Part shown: in pieces, positions 34,500 through 46,147 of the stretch | Layout of the letters: the number at the start of each line of letters is the position of its first letter | How positions within the stretch are numbered: position 1 is the first letter of the stretch | Assembly: GCA_036172245.1 (NCBI GenBank) | Contig: JAYWIR010000008.1 | Coordinates: forward strand, 682,001 to 746,000 | Direction: 5' to 3' | Length of the DNA stretch: 64,000 bases | Source of the DNA: Raillietiella orientalis | Taxonomy: Eukaryota | Notes under the pieces: model-generated | Seen by the model: only the letters and a program-made list of their open reading frames with translations | The model's database searches: none | What the model was told of the DNA's origin: nothing | Translations under genes and position numbers: made by a program

Positions 34500-36510
34500 G
34501 GGCGCCTGGGCGAGGCCTTCCGTGGCAGCGGCAGGTTCCTCTTACTTCCTCCGTTCCTCTTCCTCCTTTCACCGCGTGCATGGGCGACTCGAGGCAACTC
34601 CGAGGACACGAAGAGCGCAGATTCTTCCAGAAAGTCTCGGAAGGCAACGCCAGGAGGCTGCGCAGTCGGGGGTGGTCCGGACGCGGAGCTTTCCGCCTCC
34701 TCATGCCCAGATGCCTCGGAGGAAGTAAGGACGGAAAGGGGAGGAGGGGTGGGTGGGAAGAATGCGCGGAGCTCAGATTCAGGACCGAACCGATGCTCCA
34801 GGATGGGAGTGCGGGGGAGGAAAGGAGGGAGGGGAGGGGTGGATGGGGTGTCCCGTCGGGCCCTTCAGAAGCAGCAGAGAAGGAAGAGGAGGAGGAGGAG
34901 GAAGTGAGCCCGCCTGGAGCTTTGGATGCACGTACGCCTGCTCTCGCTTGTACACCGAGACTGTGTACTCCGAGGACTGCGACCAATGGCCAAAAATGGC
35001 ACGCGTCTTCGCGGCGACCGCTAGCGCGTCCCGAAGAGGTGGTCCACCCTGTCCTCTTGAACACGAGAAGCGCCGCTCCTGGCGCCTCTCCTGATCCTCC
35101 CCCTCCCTTCGTCTTCCCGGAACCCCGAGCCACCGGCGTCCCGCCCCGCAGCGGACGCAGACTGGGAGCTCACGGAGAATGGGAGAACGGGAGCTTAGGA
35201 GATGCGTCCCATGCTGAGACTCCCGAACGCCCCCCTCCCTAGACACATGCAGCAGCCTTCTCCCCCACCTTTGGCGGATGCAGCTGGCTTGCTGCACGGT
35301 GTTCCCGGTCGCCTTGCGGAGGTGTCCTGGGGCGTTCGGAGAGCCAGGTTTCGGCTCCTTCCGAAGGTGGCCAGGGATCGCCCGTGGATCCCTGATGGAG
35401 TGCACTACCTGGTCATCGCCCCAGCCAAGGGGCGAACGAGCAGAAAAGGGGAAGAAGCTCTTCCTCTTTCTTTTGGAAGGCTGCTCGGGGCACGGGATGA
35501 TCTGGAGTCCCCCCATAGACGGAGAAGGCGCGGTTCTTCCCTATAGGAACGGAGGAAGCGACGCGTAATCGCACCGGGAAAGTTTTCAGGGAGTCCTTTT
35601 CCGTAAGCGCGCCCCGCCTGCATGTCATTCTGGAAAGTGACGCCCACATCAAGGCCAACGGTTTTTTCCTGGCTTCCCTCCTCTTCAGTTTCGGGAGCGG
35701 CACCCTTAGACGTCCTCCGCCACTCTAGAGGGATCCCTCGACCCCGCGGTTCCCAGGCGTTTCCAGGACTCGGAAAGCCACAGGGATCCGGGATGTGCTT
35801 GCCTTTCTCCCACGGGAAAGCGGAGTGGTCGCGAGAGAGTGATGCGGATGAGGAAGCAGGACGCCCGCACGGAACGGGGTAGGAGGTCCCCGCCATCCAC
35901 GCGTAGATGCCCCTTCCATGGAGCCTCGCTTCGCCCACGCGAGAACCTTCAAAGAGTCCCTCGCGTGTGTGGGCGCACGCCTGCCAGTGAACACTGCTCC
36001 CTCCTAGGCGATCAGGCGTGGGTGCGCCTGAAGGGAGAGAGAAGTCGTCCGGTAGTCGGGCTGCCGCCCCCAAGTGAGGTAGGAATCCGCCCACTTCGCT
36101 TGCAGGGGGAGGCACGAGCTCTACCCCTCCTTTCCCCTCCCCTCCCCCACCGTCTTCCCCGTCGATGGCATTTGGAAGCGTCTCTCGACCAGCGCGTGCC
36201 AAGGCCCTCTTTGCCGTTCCTCTTCAGCGGGCTGGGAGGGACCGCGGGGAGCGGAGACGGAGGCGACGCCCGCGCCTCCGCTCAAGGAGCAGCGATCCCT
36301 GAATCTTTCGGAGAATCCCCGAAGACCTTCCGCTGCTCCCTCCGACATGGGATAGGACGCGATTTTGGGCCCGAGACCGCGGCTTTCCTTCAGCAGTGGG
36401 GGGCTACCGTTAAGGCTCGGGGTATCTCCTGCAAGGAAGGGGAAGAGATAAGGGAAGGGTGCGCAGAGCTCAGATTCAGGGCCAAAAAGCGACCGGAGGG
36501 CCGGATGGTT
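34500..36510 (+). repeat. Diverged direct duplication of about 300 bp (34500-34810 versus 36190-36510)
   Basis: Collinear matches at offset ~1.66-1.70 kb: CCGTTCCTCTTC (exact 12-mer), ACCGCG...GAGGC, a GAxTCTTxCxGAxAxTCxCxGAAG block, CGCGG(AG)CTTTCC, and a 30/35 match of GGGAAG..TGCGC.GAGCTCAGATTCAGG.CC.AA (34755-34789 versus 36452-36486). Confidence 0.7.
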
Positions 36511-39500
36511 TCCCAGGGGAACAGATACAAGGAGGGGGGGAGGGTCCTGGGAAGGAAGTGTCGTCTTCGCCCTAAGGGGGAGATGGGGGTCCCTGAGCAT
36601 CGAGAAGCGCATCCGTCATTCCTGCCCTTTCCGGTCGAGATGACGGATGCGCAGTCTGGAACTCCGCCTCCGTCGCTTCTCCCTCAGGAGGGGAGTCGAG
36701 GCGGGAAGGGGAGAAAAGATGGAAGAGAACCCCTGGCGAAGCATTTCCGGGATTCCGTGGCGGAAGGCGACGAACAGTCTAGGAGCGCTCCGCACCCCTT
36801 CGTAGCAGAGCCGACAAGGGGAGGTCTCGGTTGGGCCGAAAAGAGGGAGAAGAGACGGGAGGAGGGAGGAACTCCCAGAGGCCTCCTGCCCGCCCGCCTC
36901 GTGGCGGGGTGGAGCAAACGCACCCGCGAGCGCTGCCTCAGGCAGCTGGACGGCCTTCCCTCCAACGCAGATTCGGGAGCGGCCTGACGAGGCGGCGGCG
37001 GATAAAGAGCGGAAGAGAAGCATCCAAGGAGGAGGATGGGAGGAGGAGCCGGGAGAGCACGCAGAGAGGTCGCATGGACGGGTCTTCTTAGGCGGGTCGC
37101 GCACCGGGCACGTCGTCGCTCCTCTCTAGCTAGGAGGATGGACGGAGGCGTGCGTCGGATGCCGAGCACCTGGGGAGGAGCAGTGGAGTGGGGCATTAGA
37201 TGACGGGAAAGGATTCGAGGGGAAGGAAGGGCAAGAGGAGGAGCTCCACAGCGGCTGCGGTGGCAACCTGGCGCGATAGACTTCTTGCAGGGGAGGCAGG
37301 CCCGCCCTTACCTTCCTCTCCGCTGAGCTCAGCTCCCTTGGCCGCCACGAGGGGGGACCGCTTCACTTCCTGGAAGGAATCGTTCTGGAAAACTCTAGGG
37401 CTGGGAGCCACGGGGAATCGCCCCTTCAGAGGAACGCGGGTCGAAAATGAGGGTCAGGAAAGGGCAGAGAATCTTTCGTCCCGGGTGAGGCTCTTCCTCC
37501 CCGTGACCTCAATGCGAGGGTTCCATGGAAAAGCGACTGTCCCAACCACGTGATGCTGATGGTAAGGACCCTCTTTTCCACCCGATCACTACTGCTGTCG
37601 CATCTCCCTACCCAGAGATGTGGGTGCATTCCCCTGTGAATTCGCTAGTTTGTGTGCGCTCATAGAATATGCATCTTGAACTTCGCGCCCGAAGGAGCTT
37701 GGCCTTCCTTCTGCTTGCGCGCGGAAGGTGTTCCTCGTAAGCATCTTTATCTGTGTTGTCACGGGTGCGGGTTCACAGGAAGCTCTTCAGCTAGAAGGCG
37801 CGCGGTGCGGTGCTGTCAACAGCGCAAAGGACGCGCAGCCGTCCCTCCCCTGATCTTTGGGAGGCCACACGTCAGCAGGCGCCAGTGGAGGTGTGCTCAT
37901 CCTTTTCGGACAGGAGGGAAACACCTGGGAAGAACTCTATCTCCTTGACCTCGCCTTGGCGCTTCCTGCTTCGTTCCGAGAGGTGGGAGGGACTTCCTGA
38001 CCACATCAGAGGGATCCCACGGTAGTCTCGGAGAGCAAAGAGAGTGCCATCGCCCGCTTCTCGTCCAGCCGCACATTCAGGTCTGGGAGATTCTCGGCGG
38101 GACCGCAAACGCAAAGGAGCGGGTCACGATGCACCTCATGATCACCAGAAAAAGCAGGGAAGAAGGGGGAGGGGAAAGGAGTGCAAGAACAACGACTGCC
38201 CGGGCAACTGAGCTTCCCGGCAGCTGCCTCGTGAGGAAATAGGTTTCCTCACGGACGGAAGAAGAAGAAAAAGGGATTATCTGAAGGCAAAAGAGTGCTT
38301 AGGATAATTCATTTCTTCCGACACACTACCCACAGGGGCGGCGAAATCAAGCGGGAATGGGGGAGGAGTGTGGAACCGCAGGAGTATGTCGGATCCTGTA
38401 TACGATCGATAATCAGTGGAACCCGGGAATGCCACCTGAAAGGTCCTCTCAATATCACGAACGTTTGGAGTTCGCCCTCTAGCCCTGTTCTCAGACATCG
38501 GATGGTTTTGTCCCTCGGTTGGGGGATCTAGTCCACAGAACGCACGGAAGAGATGGGAGAGGGGCAAAATGGTGAAGTCCCGTCTCTGTGCCGCTTCCCC
38601 TTTCATGCGCTCTGGAAGCCCGAAACGAAGCGTTGGGGGCGCTGAAAAGTGAATCTCCTCGAGACCTCGAACCAGAGCGTCTCTTCGATCCTCGTCGAAG
38701 ACATGCCGCGGCGGGGGAGGGACTCCTTATTCGGGCGCCTCGCAAGTAAAAGACGCTCCAGGTGTCCCAGCAGTCAGTCCTTCCACCCTGTCGAGTGAGG
38801 AGCAGAGAACCTCAAGCTGCTGGCGTCTGCCGACGCTGACGCTTGAGGGCCACTCTGCTGTCGCCTGTGATCTTCAGTGGCAGTGTAATTGGCAGCTCCC
38901 GGGATCACCTCCCCTGAGCTGGGGGGACCTCCATGCGGGGGGTGAGCGCGCACGAGAGGGCAGATCGGTGACAGGAAGCGAAGAGCGATCGACGAGAAAC
39001 CCATTCTTGAAGTGACAGAATGATGGATGGCCTGTAGGCTGCCTATGAAAATGGGAGAGGAGACTGGTAATCCGATGGTTACGTAGGTGGTTGCACGTGA
39101 GGGCTGGTGGTGGTCTGATGGCAATCAGAGAGACGTGAAAATGAAGAGAGCACCAGGGAGACGTAAGAGTAGCTGCTGTTGTTATCGATTCTTTCTGGAA
39201 AAAGCAAAAAAAAAAAAAGCATTGATGTCCCATTCTTCTTTTTCATTGGCGATTACGAATTTTCCTCTCTGACTGATGATTGCTCATTCTTCTCCAGGAG
39301 TCTCTTCTCCTGGCACTCGATCTCCCCTTTGTCCAAGGCGCTAAAACGCAAACACTTGTACGCCCCGATCGCGACAGGAATCCGAGCAGAGACTTCAAGG
39401 GGTGCAGATGCTGTGCGAGTCGTCGCGCTGAGAGAGCATCTCGGTCCGTAGTCGCTTTAGTGAGAGGGGGATGATGAAGCTCCTTCTTTCCCCGGGACTC

Positions 39501-42500
39501 GCTCCGTGAGGAGCTTCAGGATGGCTGTCGGAGCCTTTCGCGATTCCGCACGCCTGGCCCCCCCTCCCACGCACCCTGTTTCTTTCGCTTCCTCCTTTAG
39601 GGCTCCTCACAACGATCCGGAGCATCCCTTCGAGGGATGCACGTCCATTTTCGCTCTCCCGCCCCGTTGCGGACGCACTGAGGCTGGAAACACCCCCAAC
39701 GTAGAAATAGTCCCGCGCGCTCGCGGGAGTAACTCATGCCTTTACCAAGGAAAGAGAAGGCTAGTGGAATGTGGGGGAGGTGGAAGGAAAGGTTTGGAAA
39801 CTAACGAGACGCGGCTCCCTGCCCCTATATACTGACCAGGTTCGTTCCTCAAGGCCGGAGGGATACGCCCATGTTCAGAAACGGAGTGAGAGGGCCGATT
39901 TGGTCACAGCAGGCATGAGAGGCGAACTTCGTCCTTGGAGTGTGACCTCAGGGTTCAGTGATCAACTCCAATCGACAAGGCGAGCGTTCACCCACCTGAC
40001 ATTCAGAGCTCTTGTCCAGGGGCTCTAGAAAGGGATGGGGGGGGGGGGGTTCCTTCTTTCCTCCCTGCTTTTCCCTCCTCCCATCTGAGAAGAGGCCACT
40101 CGAGCATGTCGATGAACACCGTTCGGGGGAAGAAAACAGGAAGGCCCTTCGCTCTCCCACTGCAGGATTTTCTGCATCAGATCCAGGGCTTGTCCCAGTG
40201 CGTGGTCCTTCTGGTTGAACAAGAACTTCGTAATCCTTGCAGTTTCCTTCTGAGCAGCGAGTGAACAGTCCAGGAGGTGCACTGGTCCAGTCACCCGATA
40301 GCCAAGGGAACGCCCGCCGGTCGCCGCACGTTCAGGATTTCCCCAGCCAATTTGATGTCGAGAGAGGCTTGGGGATCAGGGAAGGGGATTTGGTCCTCGC
40401 GATTCTCCCTTTCCCATGGCAGTACGCTCGGGTCTCTGCATCCTTGTCCCTTTCTGCTCCCAGATTCGCACCCGCGATCTTCTGAGGAGCGATCTCCACG
40501 TGTCACGGGGTCACGTGGATGTGTACAGGAAACACAAACGTCGCGCGCGGTGTTCTTGTCTTCAAGAGGAGCCGGAAACCACGTTGCATGGCATTCTCTG
40601 TTAGCCGTGAGTCGTCTTCAAGAAAAATGGGTTGGCTGGTCCTCTGCAGAGATGCCTTCCCAACCTTCTCGAGCGTTGCTTCGTGGCTACTTCTCCTCCC
40701 CCCCCTCTCCCATCTTCAGGAAGGAAGGAAAGAAACAGGTGCTGGATGATGACTGAAGGATATCCAAGGGAGACATGGAGGTGTTGCTTGGGGACAGCCG
40801 CCCAGAATTCGGACGAGCGCAGAGTAAGGAGTGAATACGCGAAAAGAAGGAAAGTGGAGAGACTCCCTTCCAGCAAAAAAAAGGAATAATGATAAATACA
40901 AGGAAAGAGGGAACGCGAGTCTACTTCCGCGGAGAGATTTGTTGGTGCTGAGTTCTGAACGCGCAGAACGGAGGCCAAAAGTCTCCCTTGTAACTGCCGA
41001 ACTTTATGGATCCTGGAGCGGCTCGGTCGGAAGGGTAACGGCGAGTGTGATCTAGGGAACACGGGATCGTCTCGGGTCACTTTCTCTGGTGGGAGGAGTA
41101 TGAGAGGACCTGTGGCGGCGACCACGTGCTGGCGTGGACCCCGGATCTTCAGTGGGCTCCCGCAGGGCCCTGCTGTTAATAATCTGTTTGGGTTTTCGGA
41201 AGCTGGGTCGGCAGGGGCTCCGCTGCAGCTGTCCGTTTTATTTGGCGAAAGCGGGAAGCAAGGCCGATGGCGGAGCCTCTTTTCCACCCTTCGCAGAACG
41301 AGCGAATAGCCGGCCAGGGCCCCTTGGAGGGAGTGAACCCCCAGAAACGTCTGCGTCTCCAAGAGCCTCGGAATTCTGACAGAGCTTCGCGACTTCGGTT
41401 GTCGGGAAGAGCATCCAGATCACGTGGGAATCGCCAGTCTTGGTCAGGCAGGAGGGCAGTTCTGTTCATATTATGGAGAAGCATAGAGCAATTCCTGTCC
41501 CTCCTGCATCCCACCCCGGCGGGTCCCCTTTGGCAATGCACGCGTGCACCCCGGTTAGTCGGGAGCAATCGGCCGTTCCTATAAATCAGCATCCAGGGGG
41601 ATGGACGTGTCTAATCTCCGAAGCTAAGGATGTGTCACGTCTTTGAAGGGGAGCAAATCATCCACCCTTCGTATGGGAATGGATACGTAGCCTCGAACGA
41701 TCACCCTGGCTAGGATGAGGGTCAAGGGGATGGAGGGAGGAGGAAGAGGAGTGAATGGGAGTAAGCGCGGTCGACTCCTGGTGAAGAGCCTCTCAGTTGC
41801 AGCCTCGGACCCTTCCTTCCACTTGGCCTCCAGCGGATGATGTGGAGGAGAGAAGAAGAGGATGTGGAGAGGGGAGAAACCAAAGGGACAGGGAGAGAGG
41901 GTAGGAACATATCACTGATTCTTTCCTTCCCCTTTCCTTCACCCCTGAACTGCTATCACCCACCAGAGGAGCAGAATCTCCGTCTGGGGAATGCGGCTTT
42001 TCCCGGAACCGAAGGTTAAGGATTGGAAGCTCCCAATCGGAAGGACGGGCTCTGAAAACGGTCCTGCCCTCCAAACTTCCCAACGCGCCGTCGAACTCTT
42101 CCACGTTCGCACGCGGCTTTGCTGGCCCGAGTCCCTCCCCCACCCTTGCGAGGTAGCCAAGAGAGTAACGGGGCAGGCTCGCATGGAAGGGAAGAAGGTC
42201 CCCGGGGTTTGCTGCGAGCGCCATGTGCAGGATCTGTGTTGACCAGGAGCCACCAGAGAGAACAATCGCCCGAGGGAAAGGAAGAACGGAGGATGGGTGA
42301 GCGGGGGAGATGGGGAGAGGGTGGGAGAGGAAAAAAATCCCCGATCCGTGCCTCCTACCGCGCCGAGTAAGAAAGGAGGGGAGAAAACTCCCACCCACCC
42401 TTTCCTTTCCCAAATTGGAAGTGTCCCGAAAAGGAGGGAAGCATTCAGCTTCCCGATGCGATCTCTATTCCTTCCTCCTTCGGGAGCACGTCGGCTCCCA

Positions 42501-43364
42501 GAAGCCGTTTCTTAGGAAGAAAGAAAATGAGTAAAGGCAGAAGAAAACAAGGAAAGCAGAAAAGAAAAAAAAAAGAAAGGAAAAAAGAAAAAAAAAGAAA
42601 AAAAAAAAAAAAAGAAGGAAGATTGAGAAATGGGAGGAAGAGCAAAAAACAAAAAAAACAAAAAATCTCTTCTTTTGTTTCGCGGGATGATATATGGGTC
42701 CCGGTGCGGAGCTCTCAGACGCGCGGCGCGGATCCAAGAACTGGTCCCATCCATCATAGAACAGGTTCCGGATTTGCTTTCGGCCGCCACGACTCGAGAC
42801 GGGGCCCTCCTATATTTCAGTCTGAACCGCCGGCCGAAAGAGCGGCGGGCAGGGACGAGCACCAACCACACAGTCACGCGCGCTCTCTCGCGTCCTATCC
42901 TTCCCTGCGCGCCTCCCTCCTTCCCTCGATCGGCCTCCCTCCTTCCCTCGATTCCTTCCCCCCACCGCTTGCATGGGCGGTAAAGGGCGCACGCATGCAT
43001 CTCCAGATGCTTCCGCGCGGCATCGCTCCGGGGGAACGGGACCGAGCCTTCTCTGGGAGGTATCTCGCTGGCGGGGAAGGATCCGTGACAGGACGGTTCC
43101 CTACTGCACTTCATCCCTTCCTACTCTCATCGAGCCTGCACCTTCCCCTCTCTCTTCCTCCTCTCCAAGCATCCAACGCCTTGCGGGAGAGAGAATAAAG
43201 GAACTCAACCGGTCCTCCACCGCTGCTCAGGGCGTCCGGCGAAGACGTGCTCTTTCGTTGCTTCGAAATAAGGAAAACGGAGAGAGTTGGTGGTGACGGG
43301 CAGAGAGGAGAGGAAGAGGAGGAGAGGAGGGGAAAGGGAGGGGCAGGAGCAAGCAGCGGCAGCT

Positions 43365-43726
43365 CGCGCGCGAGCGCGCGCGCGCGCGCGCGCCTCCTCC
43401 TCCGCCCAGCTCGTTTTGCTCCCCCCCGCTCCTCCTCTCCTCTTCCCCGAAGGAAGGAGCAGCAGCAGGGAAAAAGACCAGGGACGGTTGTAAAGCTTTA
43501 ATTGACGGTTATTACAAGCTTTCTTTTCCATTACAAATCCGAGCGAGAACTCGTAAACGCGGTGTCGGGAACTCGCGGACGTAAAATTAGCCGGCTCGCG
43601 AAGCGTCCTGTCAGAGGAGTTGTTTCTGAAGATCCGACTAGGAAGATTTTATTTACAAACCTAACCGTTTCTGGTCGCCAGGAGGAGGAAGAGGAGGAGG
43701 CGAGAAGTAGGAGCAAGAAAGCGGGG

Positions 43727-43781
<55 letters not shown>

Positions 43782-43910
43782 AAAGAAAAAAAAAAAAAAA
43801 AAGAGAGAGGAAAATAAAAAAATAAAAATGCGCGCACACACACCACACACAAACACACACGCACGCACGCAGACACTCACGGACGCACGCACGCACACGC
43901 ACACACACGA
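43365..43910. repeat. Simple-repeat cluster: (CG)n 43365-43393, (GA)~25 43729-43778, A-rich tract, (CA)/(GCAC)n 43834-43908
   Basis: Seen directly. Confidence 0.95.
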
Positions 43911-46116
43911 GGAAAGCTTGGTATCATCGCAGAACAATAAACGGAGATAATTTATGGTATCGCGCGCGCAGATTCTCTGGGCGTAAATCGCGGAAAGCGC
44001 GCGTCGATTAGTCTCGACAAAACCACGCACCTGTTTCCTTTCTCTCTCCTGCTTCTGCTTCTGCTTCTCCTCCCATTGGAATTTCAACCCGAGTTTTTCT
44101 CTCCCTGTCACTTCTACTTCTCCTCTCTGTCTTCTTCGTAGCGCCAAAAGAAACGCTCGCGCGACATTTTTCGACAAGTCTTTGTCCGTGTTCATTTTTT
44201 CCTTTCTTTCGCTTTTCTTCCTTCGTTCTGTTTTTCGATTCTTTGTGGAGTGAGCGATTCTTCATTAACGGTCACCTCTCTTTTTCTTTCTTTTCTTGCT
44301 TTCTTCCCTCCCCGCACTCTCGACAGGAAAGTGCACACCTCAATTTTTTAAAGGATGAGTGCAGTGAGATGTGGGGAGGGGAGGGGGGGAATGCTCGGAA
44401 ACCCTCCGATCTTCAAGTTTTCGAGCACCTTTTCCCATTAGAGCCCGCAGAGGCAGAAGGGATGGCGCGAAATCCCCGTGATGGCATGCGAAGGCGCATC
44501 TCGGAAGAGCATCTCCGGGAATGCAGAAGGGAAAACGAGACGCGCGATTGGTCCGCCTCACGTGTGAAAATCGCATTCGCAGTGCAGGTTTTTTCATGGG
44601 TGGCAAATACCTGAAGGGATGGGAAATACCACAGCTAGGAACGGCGATCTCTCGCTGCAAGCCGGGAATTCCGTGGCCTCTGAATCCGCGAGCGAGGGCA
44701 GTGCGAAAGACACGGAAACACTTTCCGGGATCGGTGTGGGTTTCGCTTACGTCACTGCTCGCCGATTCGCGGCTCGGAGTGGGCCCTACGGATAGGGTGA
44801 CTCGGACTGCTGCATTTGTTTTCGCTGACGGGATGGAAGTAGCATGTCAGCTCGAAAGCAGTTCTCTTGGTTCTCCTCGGTCGAGGATGGTCTTTCGTTC
44901 TCCCGATGAGGTGTTTTTGTGTGCGTACTCCGACGTGCGTTATGAGCTCGCCCGGCCGTCGGCGTCGGAAGATTTCCGCGGGTAAGTGGACACAACGAAC
45001 GACTCGAATTCGAAAACTTTCGATAATCGATCTGGAAGAAACCATAAGTAAAGTAAAAAGTAGCCTCTGATACTCGTGTCAACGATGGCAAACGAACATC
45101 TCATAGAGATCAAGTGGACAACACCCGACGCAGATGGGAGAAAGGAGGCGGATGGGGGGAGGGGGGGGGGGGAAATGGGACAATCCGCACGTTTTCTCAA
45201 AAACAGCTTCGGTTCTTTGCACAGTTGCACTTGCGACTCTTTGAGCGGCTGGGTCCCATGTGCCCGGAAGCAAGGCTAGGTGTTCTGAGATCTCCCGCCT
45301 CACGGGAACACTTTTGCATGTTGGTTTCCGCGCCCTTCAACTTATAACGGGAGCAACAACAGCACGTTAAGGCGAGACTGCTGCAGACTACAGCGACGCA
45401 GGGAAACGCGGAAACATTTATTCGGCCTCGACCAGAAACCTAATGGTGGTGTACCAACTGAGCACAGTCCAACATTCTCTGGTCGCACGACACAATCGAG
45501 CATTAGCGCCAAAGTGAAAGAATAAAGCAGAATGTTTTGCAACTCGGGTTCCCATTTTGAAGCTGACTGCTTCGCGAAGGCTCTGCTTCGTCATAAAGGA
45601 AACAGAAAGCTCCGCGTGTGACTCGAGAACTTTTGTCTCTCGATTTTTCCATGTGACAGAGGTAGAACTCCTGAGTCAACTGGATTCTCGGTTTCCTTAA
45701 CGCGTGGAACACAGTGGTTCCATTGTGGAAAACACGATCTTTTGATTGTGAGCCCCATTGTCGGCCAAAGGCGTTGAACTTTGCGACCAAGCGTGCACAG
45801 TGTTCTAATTAATGGGCAAAGAATTTTCTAAGGAGAAGAAGAAGGGGAAAAAAAGGAAAGGCAGCAGCATAGAGTCGGGGAACGTCATCTTAGGAGCCGA
45901 GCCTACAAATATCTTGCAATTAATTGCCCTAGCTGGAGCGTGACCTTCATTACGTGACAAATAAGATCTCACAAATCTTGCGAGCAGCAACAACAAATCA
46001 CATGCGATGATGCCATCTCCAATCCTTAAAGGGGAAAGTCATAGCTGCAAGATCTCTGCTTGGGAAAACTGGTCACCGAGCAGACCTGCGTCAAAGCAGC
46101 ACGAAATCGTTGCCGT

Positions 46117-46147
<31 letters not shown>

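Noticed and set aside
42527..42670. Lys-rich and Phe-rich ORFs over an A-rich tract
   Set aside because: This is low-complexity sequence, not coding.
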